A stretch of 53,629 nt of DNA from Corallochytrium limacisporum Hawaii (taxonomy: Eukaryota > Protista > Pluriformea). Position numbers and translations under genes: made by a program. A model generated the notes under the pieces. The model worked only from the letters and a program-made list of their open reading frames with translations, was not told the origin of the DNA and made no database searches. Positions 21,001 through 32,376 of the stretch are shown here, in pieces (the first letter of the stretch is position 1; every line of letters starts with the position of its first letter). The stretch is from assembly GCA_002811645.1 (NCBI GenBank), contig PDIP01000133.1:1-53629 (forward strand). The letters run 5' to 3'.

Positions 21001-23404
21001 TACCGGCAGATTCATGAAACAGCTGCTAGCACGGTATGCGATTTCTGTCGCCTGATGGGCCTTCCCTCGCACATAGTGCAAACGGGGCCGCAAATACAAG
21101 AAAACATGCAATTGACTGCTCCACAGCCTGCCACAAAACTTGCTGAGCCTAGGGCAGCGATGATGCTCTCGCCTTTTTAGATCCTGCACTTCTCCACTCC
21201 AGGCCGACAGAAAAAGCGGGACCAAAGTTAAACTCGCAAACACAGAAAATCAAAGTTCTTCGGTTGAAGCACGCAAGCCCGGGTCTGTTCTCCGTTCATC
21301 CATCTTCTCCTCTGCTACGGCCCACCCTCCAACCAACCAACTAACCCCCCAACCCCCCAACCCCTACCCTCCGCCTCAGCCCCTCCACCCCCATCACTAC
21401 CAATATGGTAGCAAACTGTCCCAGTCCGGGAACACCTGGAGTACTCGCTTTGGCAGGTATCAACGGTGCAGACGCAAAAACTTTTTAATAGCCAATACAT
21501 ATACTTCTATTCCTTTCCCAGTCAGGAACACGCCCGTGCATTTCCTACTCTTGGGGAAGAGGGAGCCTGTCCATACAAACACTATGGGAAAGTCGTGGTA
21601 TCGGATATGGCTTTCAGGGAGATCGATGATTTCAATACATGGACAGACGCGGGTTCGGGTGCCAGCGGGTGTGGGTGGGGCAACGGCGATCGGCAAAGCA
21701 CGGACGGGTAACAGGACCTCAAGCGGAGTGGCATGCTACGAGTACGGCATAGAAAAGCAGTTTATCGGACCAGAGCAAGATGATCTCTGGATGGCTGTAT
21801 CGCTGCATTACATGGCTGTGGGTTTAGTGTGGAGGTTTTATGGGACGCGTGCAATCCTGGCGTTCCCGTACTTTCTCTGCTGTTTGATCCTTGACGCATA
21901 TCCTTCCCCCGAGGTTCCACCCAAGTGAAATGTCTGCCCATCGCGCCTTCACTTCACACTATCTTCGAAAAATCAGCCAATTACTGTACAATTCACATTA
22001 ACTACTATATGAGATCATCGTCATGATAGCCATGAGCTCTCCTGCTTATTGGAGCCACTCCATCATCACCTACGTATCAACAAGCTAATTGCCCTCAAAA
22101 CAGAAACGGATCTAACAATGGACACACGTACATGTACCCACCATGTTGTCTCAAGTTCACGGTCATCTGTTACAGTCTTGCACGCATTCACACCGCTACT
22201 GACCTCGATTTCTTGAAGCGCGTCGATGAGCCGATACCCAATATATTAACAATATTGGAACCGCCTCTCGGTCACACTGGAAAAACTCTGTCTAGAGAAA
22301 ACCTCTTGGCCGGCAAGGAGAGCCGCCCCCCCCCCCTTCCCTTCCCTTCCCTTTCGTCTGACACCGGAAAGGGGGTTTCAAAAACACTTTCCGGCCGGCA
22401 CTTGCGCTGTTGCAAAAAAACATATTAACTGTGCTCTCATCGGCCAATGGCGCGGGAACTTTAGAACACCGACAATACCACCACCAGGGAACTCATCTGA
22501 GCAGGACTCGGGCAGGACACGTAAGCCGGCCCGAGAACCGGGGAAGAGAGAGACGGCCTATGCCGTCACACCAAGTGTTTTGAAGGCCCTCGCCCCCATG
22601 TGGGCAGCAGTCGGCGATGCCCGTCTCTCCGCAAGATGTGATCTTTGGTTGATTTTGCCATCAGGAATGAGCGCCCCCTGTTCGGAACACACACACACAC
22701 ACGCAGAGACATGACATACCAGGGTCCTGAGAGAACAATTCCCGTCCGTTGCAGGCTCGGCACTTTAACGTCTTGCACCCCGGCGTTTTCGCTTTCATTC
22801 TTATTTTAGTCGTCTTTCTCTGCCTCCAAACGGAGAACACGCACGGGCATTGTTCCCCGGGCCAGCCCGGCGGACCGACCGAAGAAGGAAGAGAGAGAGA
22901 GAGAGAGACATGAGAGCGAAAAGTCAGCAATTAAACCCTACCCCCTCCCCCCCCCTTCTTCTTGCTCTCCGCTCTACTCTTTCGCCACACACACTTGTCC
23001 GTAAGGCCCAAAGGAAAGGAAAGCTTTACCACCAAAAAAAAGCTTGGTGCCTTTTGGGAGAATACGGGGGCTCTTTGGATGGAACAATCGATACGGTGGT
23101 GGGTTTCTACTTCTCGTCACCTGTTGCAAACTTCCGGGTCATGTCCCCAGTACTCTGCGTACTCTCTTGAATACTGAAAAGTGAGTGATTTATTCTCTTG
23201 CACAGGCCGGTCACCGGGTGTTCTTCGGCGGGATCTACAGCCAAGCTCTCGTAGAGAACCCAAACAAATCGGTCTTGTGTCCATCGTTTTCTAGATTCTT
23301 AAGTAGTTTCAGTATGCGAGCGTTCATTCCCTACATTCCGGAAGGGGGGAAAATCTGGTGAGACGGTTCCTTGGGATCACCGGGCGGGGCCCCAACCGAC
23401 CGCG

Positions 23405-23523
23405 CTCTCTCTGTCTCTGTGTCTGTCTCTCTGTGTCTGTCTGTGTGTGTGTGTGTCACTGTGTGTCGGGCTCTGTGTCTGTGTGTCTGTGCGCCCGTGT
23501 GTGTGTGTGTGTGTGTGTGTGTG
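23405..23523. repeat. Compound (CT)n/(TG)n microsatellite tract
   Basis: Direct inspection. Confidence 0.9.
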
Positions 23524-24058
23524 CTCTCCCCCTTCTCTCGCTCACTCGCTCTCACTGCACAAAAACCCACACCACCCGCGCTGGCTTCGTTGCATTCTCA
23601 AGCGGGAGAGAAACATTCCACACTGGCCCACTACAAAACTCTACAAAAAAAAACACAAAAAACCGCGACTGTTTTCTCTCCCGTCTCCCGTCTCCCCCTC
23701 TCCGCGGGGCCCGGAGCATCGGTTTCTGACGCATTAGAAAAAGAAACCAAGGAAGAAAGGAGTTTGACTTTTTTTTGATTTTTGACTTTTTTGTTTTTCT
23801 TTCACCGAAACCACGGGAGCTACAGGCCTCTCTCCCACTCTCTCTCTCTCTCTCCCCTCCCCGTCCTCCCCCGGGAACTGCGACGGACGCGTGGCTGCCC
23901 GGGGCCGTTCAGTGTCGGGGGGAGACCAGATTCCCCCGTTTTCCCTTCCGTTGTTTGCAAAATTTAAAACAAATCCCAGACACAGTGTGTGTTGCTCTCT
24001 TCTCCTGTCGCGCGCTTCTTCGGGGGAGTGTGCCGGTGGGGGGGGGGGGCTCTTTCTT

Positions 24059-24126
24059 NNNNNNNNNNNNNNNNNNNNNNNNNNNNNNNNNNNNNNNNNN
24101 NNNNNNNNNNNNNNNNNNNNNNNNNN
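24059..24126. other. Assembly gap; the same G-run+ctctttctt sequence lies on both sides (probable overlapping contig ends)
   Basis: Run of N with duplicated flanks. Confidence 0.95.
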
Positions 24127-24289
24127 GGGGGGGGGGGGGCTCTTTCTTGTCACATCGCCGATATGTGAAATCGGTCCATATGGGCACAATACCTGTCCGA
24201 CTTATACGCCCATTGGTCGCGCTGTATGGGGGGAGTGCGCCGTTTAGTCCTCTGCTGTCTCTCCTGCCAAGTTGCTGCTTCGCTTCATA

Positions 24290-24525
24290 TTCCCTGCCAC
24301 CGGGGTTCCTATTGCTAGATCGAACCTGTGGTTCACCATCTTGCAACAAATGATGGTCCGCAGTCGCCCGGCGATAAACCCTTGACGATATTGGCTCCTT
24401 GCCGTGTGACCGTGGTGGAATGGTACACAAGGTAGGCAAGAAATCAATTCCGAGATACAGGTGCTCATCCGCATAGAGCAATAGGGGCATCGAACCCAAC
24501 CCAGCGATCGGGTCCACCACAGTCC
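24290..24525 (-). pseudogene. Relic of a class I SAM-dependent amino-methyltransferase (N6-adenine/NPP[YFW]-like)
   Basis: In order across shifting frames: VVDPIAGLGSMPL (motif I-like), YLGIDF (motif II-like), NIVKG...GD, and RFDLAIG followed by a degenerate GNPPW-like sequence (motif IV-like). Confidence 0.35.
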
Positions 24526-24746
24526 GTACACACGAACATAGTGTCTATATAGCAACCCCATAGAAAGGCCTTTCTCTAAACTGTGAATCGCGTGTCCTGT
24601 CTCATAGACTAGACGCCCGTTTTCCTCGGAGACAGCAAATAAGGAATGACAAGTCGTGCAATTTAGAATAGTCTGGGATCTAGAGGTGGATAGCTCATCT
24701 CCTCCATACCTCCAACAACTGAATCCGAACGACTAGCAAGCCAAAC

Positions 24747-26939
24747 ATGGGAGCGCGGATCTACGCCAAGAAGGCCAGGAGGCGCATTGGCTCGCGACGC
24801 ATGGTCTTCAGTGCCGATCCCGTTTTGGTACTGATCGGTGCGTGTGGGTTGATGGGACTGTTCATCATTATAGTTTCCCTGAACTGGGAAGCGTTCTCGG
24901 ACATGCTCTGCGGGATCAACTGCTACGAGTCGCAGGAGTATGAGTATCATACCAATTGGAGCCATAACCACGGACCTGACAAACCGTTCAGTGATCCTCG
25001 TCCGGAGCTCAGGAAGACCACCATCAGCCTCGGCGTCAAAGCGTATCCGTATGGTACTGAGGGCATGTCGGTGCCTGAGCAGATCTGTAACCATGGGGCA
25101 AACTTTTGCGAAGTGTCCGCCCTCACCTCCCCGGAAACATGGCGCAAGAAAGTCAGTGCCCCTGACTGTCCGAAGTACCGCGTGTTCATTGACCTACCCG
25201 GTCTGAACCAGGATCTTTGGGAGGTATTGTATCAGAGTAAGAAGCTGCGCTGCTGTCGGGACGTGTACGTGCTCTGGGACGACTCTGACACCATGAAGCC
25301 TTGGATGCGGCTGCTGGACCGCCGGACTTGGAGCGTTAAGCGTCACCACTGGCACGTCGTCAGCTACAATGCCGACGAGTACAAGCATGATCGCCTCCCC
25401 TTGGTGCACAAGATTTTGCAAGATAATCCCACTGATTATGCTGTGATTGTGAACGACTTTCCCCAGGATATGGGGTTCATATACCACATGATGATGAAAA
25501 ATCATGAGCTCATCGCTAGGCATGGACGCAACATGGAGGCTGGTATGATGACCACGCAGCGCAATGCCTTCATGAAAAACGAGAAGTTGGATGTCAAGGA
25601 CATGGCCGAGGGAGAAATTGTGAAGCTTCCCGTTTCCCTGATCGGCTTCAGCTACGGTGGTAATGGTGTCACTGCCATTCACGCCAAATATCTCAAAGAG
25701 TACATGAAAGAGAAGAACATGGATCGCCGTGAAAGGGTTCGTCAGATTCCTGAGTGCAACTTTATGCTCATGACTAGCGTGATCCACGAGGTAGAACGCC
25801 GCCTCTCTGATTCTATGAACCCCGCCCCTGGCCGGGACCCGTTCCGCAATGTTCACAGGTGTGTGGTGGGTGCCCATGAAGAGTGTGGAGCATTCGACCT
25901 GACGAATCTCCAACACTGTTACCATGAACTCTCGGACACAGACCGTGGCCTGCATTTGCCCAAGTACCTTCCCTTCAAGGACAATGGTTCCTGGGCTCGC
26001 AATTCCGTCAAGGTCCTCATCGGCAATGCTGAAGACATGCCTCCGATCAGGAAGGATGTCAACATCCCCGCCAAAGTTCAGGCCATCGTCAACGAGTCCC
26101 CTGAGGAGAAACAGAATCACTACTGGTGCGCCATCATTGGTGTGCGTGGCGTGGCGGAGGATGATCCACACCTGGAGAACTTCTTCAAATACTGGGGTAA
26201 GCTCTGGAATGAACTGCCAACACCGGTCACGGCTATCGTAGTAGATCACCTTGAGGACAATCACCACTACAACAGGGGTGGAGTGTTCAATCTCGGTGCC
26301 ATTGTGGCCGATCGCATCGGCTGTGATCATATATCCACCCATGATATTGACATTTTGCCGCGCGGTAATCTTATGGACTGGAACCGTTTCCCTTACGTCC
26401 ACCAGCACTTCACCGGCAAGGAGGTCGTCTTTAATTCCGCTAAACGCTCCGAAACACTGTTTGGTGGTATTCACAAGATGAGCATGGACGAATTCAAGGA
26501 CATTCACGGCTTCATCTCCGTTTTCTGGGGCTGGGGCTACGAGGACGACAATTTCCTGCGACGCACGCGGAAGAAAAAGTACGGCGTTGAGAACCCGAAT
26601 GTGGCCCCTGTGTCTGATCCTCTGTCAGATTATTCGGAATATTGGATCCACGACCACGACGATGACGAACGCCCGCGGTTCAAGGAAAACCACCGCAAGC
26701 ATGCCCAATTCGAAGACCAGTTTGGCTACGGATGGAAGACACTGCGCTGGACGCAGTTGGATATTAAGAAACAGTCTGCTTCTGGTTACGAATTTGTGGT
26801 CGCGAGCGCCAAGTTCTACTGCGACATTGAAGTCAGCCCTTGGTGTCGACTGGACACAAGCATTGCTGAGGGCCAGCCGATGAAGAACAAGCTTCCGAAT
26901 CTCAATTTCCAGGTGCCCATTGTCAATGCTCGCGGCTGA
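24747..26939 (+). CDS. Type II membrane glycosyltransferase: degenerate GT64-like domain plus C-terminal GT7 (beta-1,4-galactosyltransferase-like) domain
   Basis: N-terminal TM helix. GT7 motifs YNRGGVFNLG, HDIDILP, LFGGI and GFISVFWGWGYEDDNF. Upstream VYVLWDD, TDYAVIVND, AIHAKYLKEY and RVRQIPECNFMLM resemble the GT64 fold. Confidence 0.85.
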   Translation: MGARIYAKKARRRIGSRRMVFSADPVLVLIGACGLMGLFIIIVSLNWEAFSDMLCGINCYESQEYEYHTNWSHNHGPDKPFSDPRPELRKTTISLGVKAYPYGTEGMSVPEQICNHGANFCEVSALTSPETWRKKVSAPDCPKYRVFIDLPGLNQDLWEVLYQSKKLRCCRDVYVLWDDSDTMKPWMRLLDRRTWSVKRHHWHVVSYNADEYKHDRLPLVHKILQDNPTDYAVIVNDFPQDMGFIYHMMMKNHELIARHGRNMEAGMMTTQRNAFMKNEKLDVKDMAEGEIVKLPVSLIGFSYGGNGVTAIHAKYLKEYMKEKNMDRRERVRQIPECNFMLMTSVIHEVERRLSDSMNPAPGRDPFRNVHRCVVGAHEECGAFDLTNLQHCYHELSDTDRGLHLPKYLPFKDNGSWARNSVKVLIGNAEDMPPIRKDVNIPAKVQAIVNESPEEKQNHYWCAIIGVRGVAEDDPHLENFFKYWGKLWNELPTPVTAIVVDHLEDNHHYNRGGVFNLGAIVADRIGCDHISTHDIDILPRGNLMDWNRFPYVHQHFTGKEVVFNSAKRSETLFGGIHKMSMDEFKDIHGFISVFWGWGYEDDNFLRRTRKKKYGVENPNVAPVSDPLSDYSEYWIHDHDDDERPRFKENHRKHAQFEDQFGYGWKTLRWTQLDIKKQSASGYEFVVASAKFYCDIEVSPWCRLDTSIAEGQPMKNKLPNLNFQVPIVNARG

Positions 26940-27576
26940 AGAATGGTGAACGAATGCCAAAATATCGGTTCAAACACATAGTACACAAAGTGGCGCTGCC
27001 CGGATGTGCCACGACACCATTTTCGTTCGCCCAATATATGTACCATAGTGTCATTAGTATAGAGAAGTTGGCCTACCCCACCACACCGTCATAGTGCCAT
27101 TTAGTACACAGAGAAACTTCGACACCCGCCACCCCCGTCAAGTGTCCATTGTGGACAGAAACTGAACCACACTCCACACCACCAACTGTAAAGGGCTGGG
27201 TGGTTGGTTGCCACAAAAATCCCGTGGGGCGCCGGGACTTCTCACATCGGGTTGTGTCGTGGTCGACAGCACGCACCTGCTCGCAAAAGCTGCCGAGGGA
27301 CCGACCACCACCGAAAAAAACACTTCCCCGCATGACTTCTTACAGTCTCTGAGAGGCTCGGCTATTGGTTCAGGGCATGTCATTTGGATCAATACTTTGA
27401 CACTCCCCGTTTCCCTCGCAAAATGCATGCGCTAAGGGGGACAGATGAAATAAGGATGCAAAATTTATTCACATCCGGGCAGAGAGGACGTCGCAAAGAA
27501 GCAATGGTGTTCCATACTTTCTCATAGTAATATAGCTCCACGGCTACGTGAGCCCACGGCGCCACTTTGGGGGGGG

Positions 27577-27781
27577 NNNNNNNNNNNNNNNNNNNNNNNN
27601 NNNNNNNNNNNNNNNNNNNNNNNNNNNNNNNNNNNNNNNNNNNNNNNNNNNNNNNNNNNNNNNNNNNNNNNNNNNNNNNNNNNNNNNNNNNNNNNNNNNN
27701 NNNNNNNNNNNNNNNNNNNNNNNNNNNNNNNNNNNNNNNNNNNNNNNNNNNNNNNNNNNNNNNNNNNNNNNNNNNNNNNNN
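27577..27781. other. Assembly gap flanked by poly-G
   Basis: Run of N. Confidence 0.99.
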
Positions 27782-28753
27782 GGGAGTGGGTGGGCCGGTC
27801 GTCGGCGGAACACCCCTTCTCTGGAGTGTGGTGGAGACGCATCAGTGTGGAGAAATTCAAGGGGGGGACGCTGGATCTCGTGGTGAAATCTGCCCAGTGC
27901 GCTAGGAACACATCTGATAGGATTTGTTTTTATACATTTTGTGTTACTGGAAAGCAACAGATGGAACGTCAGCACACGAATGATGATACGATTGTAAGCA
28001 CCTTACCCCATCCCACCGGCGGCCTTGGTAGCACCTCATACATCACACACATACCATTTTTTTCTCGTAGCACAGCATTCGGTCATCCGTTCTCTCCCTA
28101 CCCCACCTTTACCCGCTTCCCTTCTCCCTTTTCCCCCCCAACCCCGCGGGGGAAATCCCCGACTAGAAGGAAAGGGGGGGGGGGAGGAGGAGGAGGTCTA
28201 TCTCTTCGTCACCGGAAAAACCATTTCTCGTCACAGCGTGCTACCAGGCATTTTTTGTCTCTCAATTTCTGTACACGAAGAAACGCATTGGTTTAATAAG
28301 CAGTCTTTGGAGATGGGCACGGAGAGCAACAGGGTGATGAAAGTAGGGGAGGGGGCCCAGTGTCGGTTTGACGTGCTTGGTCAGCGCGGGACACGTTCTA
28401 TGGGGTCTGGTTGTGTATCTCCTCGTTGACTACGTGGGTGTGCCTTTTGGGGATCAGAGACGGTTGTCCAGGTTCTTCAAGGTGTACTTGTCTGCCTTGA
28501 AATATAACTCTGACTCATTGAATGTCAAGAAGTGTAGCTCTAGATTCCGGGTGGGTACGTGTTGTGAGAAAGTAGGTGACGCACCGTTCCATAGTCTATG
28601 TGATGTGAAAGAGAATAGAGATACAAAAGCTAGAAGTTATCCGCATACACAACTTTAAGTGGTTATACTAGGCAGGTGGCTTAGTTGTTGTACAGACGGC
28701 GCCGTTTAGACGTAACTAGGGCACAATACAAAGCGAGAACCAGCCGTCAAAGA

Positions 28754-29860
28754 ATGGTGGCCCAGTCGAATCACTACCATCTGTGGCCTATGGTCTACAC
28801 GGCTATCGTACTTTTAGGAATGGCTGGGTACGTGCTCTACCGGAACCAAAAGGCGGTTGGCCGGTTCATGCAGTACCAGGTGCGTATCCGGGACGTTCTC
28901 ATTGGGGCCGGTATCGTCGTCTTTGCCTACTCAGTACACATCCTCTTCGCCTTCCTCGTGGATTCCGCTCCGTTTGTACCCCAGGCTCGTTACGACGTAG
29001 TCATCAACAGCTTTAGCCGGATAGATCGCATCCAGAACCTTGTGGATCACTACTTGACATGTGATGGCATGGCGCGGGTCGTTGTGGTATGGGGCCAGGG
29101 CGACAATGAGACGCCGGAGGACTACCTGAATGCGGATACCCGCTCCGATCCACGGGTCATGATCTTTCACCCTGAGAACCCTAAAAGTTTGAATTCGCGA
29201 TTTGGGCCAAATCTTCCTTTGCTCTCCGAGGCGGTCGTTACCGTGGACGATGACATCATTCCGCCGTGTAGCAGCCTGCTGCGTATGTACCAGGTCTGGG
29301 AGCAATTTCCGGACCGCCTCAATGGCCCCTTCGCCCGCGCTCACTCGGCCTGGAACGAAGTCGGGTGCTTTGAGAGTGGTGGAAAAGTCACAGACTTGGA
29401 AAGCGCTGGTATCACAGCCGATGCTGCACGAAATGGCTCTGGGATACGGACGGAAATTGAACAATCTGCGGACTACGACCCCAACCAGGGTTGCCACTAC
29501 CACTACTCCTATCCTTGGGTGGACGGCACGTACTCGATTGTGCTAACCAAGTTCAGCATGCAATCTGCTGGCTATCTAGACTTGTTCTTTGACCATCCCT
29601 CCGCAAATTGTTGGTTAGATTTTGTGGACCGGCACCGGAACTGCGAGGACATTGCCATGGCACTCATGGTAGGATCCATCACAAACAAGGCCCCCGTCTA
29701 CAACCACGCGTCTCCCGCCTATGACCTCGGGTGGTCAGGGATCAGCGGCGATTCCGGGCACATGAACGTTAGGGACTACTGTTTGGACTACTTTGTGAGC
29801 CAGTGCTTTAGCAACCGAATGCATCTGCCGCAGAGCCAAGTTGTGCTAGACTTTGTGTGA
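28754..29860 (+). CDS. GT64-family glycosyltransferase (EXTL2 / plant EPC1-GMT1-like)
   Basis: YDVVINSFSR, VVVVWG, SLNSRF, AVVTVDDDI (DxD), WEQFPDRLNG, YSIVLTK, RNCEDIAM and RDYCLDYF, with N-terminal TM segments. First ATG is at 28754. Confidence 0.93.
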   Translation: MVAQSNHYHLWPMVYTAIVLLGMAGYVLYRNQKAVGRFMQYQVRIRDVLIGAGIVVFAYSVHILFAFLVDSAPFVPQARYDVVINSFSRIDRIQNLVDHYLTCDGMARVVVVWGQGDNETPEDYLNADTRSDPRVMIFHPENPKSLNSRFGPNLPLLSEAVVTVDDDIIPPCSSLLRMYQVWEQFPDRLNGPFARAHSAWNEVGCFESGGKVTDLESAGITADAARNGSGIRTEIEQSADYDPNQGCHYHYSYPWVDGTYSIVLTKFSMQSAGYLDLFFDHPSANCWLDFVDRHRNCEDIAMALMVGSITNKAPVYNHASPAYDLGWSGISGDSGHMNVRDYCLDYFVSQCFSNRMHLPQSQVVLDFV

Positions 29861-30175
29861 TATGTATGAATGATTTTTGTGGGAGAATGGAATGGTTTGG
29901 AGTTGAAATGAATTGGGTATGACGAAGCTCGTGATTTTGGTCAGCTGTTCAAAGTAGTTGTTCAATCTAGGGACATGACATCGGAGCAACGTCAACTTGC
30001 AATGACATTCCCTACCAACGCACAAAAGCTATAGTGTATACAAAAACGAAACTACTAGTTATTTATGTTGATTTAAGATGATACTATACAAAACTCATGA
30101 TGGATGATGGATGGAAGGTATATGTTGTGGTGGTGGTTGACGGTTCTGTAACGTTTGGTCATGGTTGGGTCTAAT

Positions 30176-31513
30176 CTACATGCCAAGAGCTTGGTACACA
30201 AATCCCAGACCAATTCCACCGGCAAACATGGCCGGTGTGGCCACCAAAGAGTTCATGGCAAAGAATGACATGCCAGAGATGCCATGGCCCGAAGTGCAAC
30301 CTCCGGCCATGCGTGCACCGAAGAGCAAAAGGAAGCCACCGATGAAGCTGCGGGTCAAGGGCAACCCCGGAGGCGCACCGAGCACACCGCTCGCGTTCGC
30401 GGCGAGGAAGGCGCCGCAAATGGAGCCTGCTGCGTACAACAGTTGCCACCAGGCACGCAGGTCAGAACTAGTGGCTGCTCGAATGGCGGGGTGTTTTGCT
30501 GCGTAGTCGGGGGCGAGGTTCTTAATGGCTGCACCCGAAACGGTGGCGTAGGCCCCAGAACTACCAGCAGTGTCACCGACGGCGAAGAGCAACGGCACTT
30601 GGAGCAGTCCAACTAGGACTCCAGCCATGTATGGAGGCCATGCAGCGTCAGTCCAGGCCGGAAGCGCGAAGGCAGAACCACTGCCGGTCCCAGTGACGTT
30701 TACCTCCGACTGCCATGGTACTGCGTACTCGAGCCCAGCCACGACCAGAAAACAGGCTAGGGTCGCGGGCAGAGCCATTGAGACATATGAACGACTTGGA
30801 AGGTAGCTCTTGGCAAACGTGTGTTCCGTTGTAGCGACTGGAGAGATAAACTGGCGGACGATCGGTTCTGCCACAAAGTATGCAGCACATCCAAACAGTC
30901 CCCCGAGAAACGTGACCCCTGAATGCTGGACCAAGGCTCCAAGCTGCAGGAGCACATTGCCAGGGCAAGATCCAGCGGTGACCATACCCATGCCTAAGAG
31001 TGCTCCACCGAGGCTGGCTTGGAGCAACCCACGTCTGCAGCAGGTAGCGTACTCACGCATGGCGGCGTCGTAGTATGGCCGAGTGAAAGGGATCAGGGAC
31101 ATGGCACTGAGCATGGTCATGGAGGTCCCCAGGGCACTTATGAACATCTTCATCATGATAAACTTTTCAAAGGTAAATTGTGCAGCAATGTTCATTGGGT
31201 CACTGACCCGACCCTTTTGCAGTGCAATCCCAAAGAGCAGACCAGCACCAGTAACCAGAGGGATACTCAAGACATTGTGTCTTGTGTTGCTTGTACTACT
31301 GTTGCTGACGCTGGAATGTTGCCCTCCGTTAATGTTGTGTATGTTGTAGATGTTGTACCTACCATTGGTGGTTTGCCTGCTGTTTACGTTCTTCATACCG
31401 TTGGCGTTGCGCATGCCGTTGAAGCTGTGCCTACCGTTGACGTTGTGCAAGAGCGGCTGAGTCTCTCCAGCTGCCGATGCTATAGCACTTTTCCTCATGG
31501 TCTCGCTTAGCAT
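30176..31513 (-). CDS. YeeE/YedE-family (DUF395) sulfur-compound/thiosulfate transporter
   Basis: Multi-TM, Gly-rich protein with LGGALLGMGMVTAGSCPG and FGARMAGGCTSGHGISG conserved Cys motifs. Confidence 0.92.
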   Translation of the reverse strand: MLSETMRKSAIASAAGETQPLLHNVNGRHSFNGMRNANGMKNVNSRQTTNGRYNIYNIHNINGGQHSSVSNSSTSNTRHNVLSIPLVTGAGLLFGIALQKGRVSDPMNIAAQFTFEKFIMMKMFISALGTSMTMLSAMSLIPFTRPYYDAAMREYATCCRRGLLQASLGGALLGMGMVTAGSCPGNVLLQLGALVQHSGVTFLGGLFGCAAYFVAEPIVRQFISPVATTEHTFAKSYLPSRSYVSMALPATLACFLVVAGLEYAVPWQSEVNVTGTGSGSAFALPAWTDAAWPPYMAGVLVGLLQVPLLFAVGDTAGSSGAYATVSGAAIKNLAPDYAAKHPAIRAATSSDLRAWWQLLYAAGSICGAFLAANASGVLGAPPGLPLTRSFIGGFLLLFGARMAGGCTSGHGISGMSFFAMNSLVATPAMFAGGIGLGFVYQALGM

Positions 31514-32283
31514 TGGTCACTTATGGGTCTGATATGAAACGCTGGTAACAGTGCTGAGCGTTCTCCGTTAATCGACTAACTACTGGGAACTCTTTGTTCC
31601 GCTATCTCCCGTTTATAGTTCGTTGAACCCTATCGTATTCTTTCTTTACGCAGTGTGCGGTTCGGGAACAAACTCGCAAAGCATACGTATACATACAGCG
31701 ATGCGAACTCTATGCGCTGATTATGTTTCAATGCTAAGTCTGTAATCCCATTGCCATGCCATCATTCCGTCCTAAATAGCTGCAGCACTGATCCACTTAC
31801 CTACACAGTCCGTGATTCACAGTCGCGTTTAGCACCCATTCCCCCCTCCCGAAAAAAGGGGAAGTGTTGCTGTGCGCCACTGACGAGGAGGTGGAGAAGG
31901 AGGGGGAGGGTGAAGAAAGAAAAAGGGGGGGGAAGGGACTGAAGAGAGAGATCTTACAAGTACGCCTCTCATCACATTCCCGCCCACGGACGTCCCTCAA
32001 GGACGGAAAGTTTCTATAGGGAAAGAGCAGCAAAAGATAGAAAAATCCTCCGTCGAGAGCCCCCCCCCGGGGGCGGGGTTTTCTGTCAAGAAAAGGGCAC
32101 ACCTTCAACAGAGACCGGCAGCTGCGCAGCGAGATTTTTCTCGCGACTGGGGGCAGTATAGCTTTTTGCCTGCATTTCTACTGTACGGCCCCTTCTCACG
32201 AGCCTATGCGGCACAAATCGCGGACTTTCAGTTCTCCTGCCTGCGACCAAGGTAAGTAAGGGGGGGGGGGGGGGGGGAGGGGG

Positions 32284-32376
32284 NNNNNNNNNNNNNNNNN
32301 NNNNNNNNNNNNNNNNNNNNNNNNNNNNNNNNNNNNNNNNNNNNNNNNNNNNNNNNNNNNNNNNNNNNNNNNNNNN
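32284..32376. other. Assembly gap flanked by poly-G
   Basis: Run of N. Confidence 0.99.

Noticed and set aside
25194-26507. 437-aa antisense ORF
   Set aside because: Shadow of the codon-biased glycosyltransferase on the opposite strand; no motifs.
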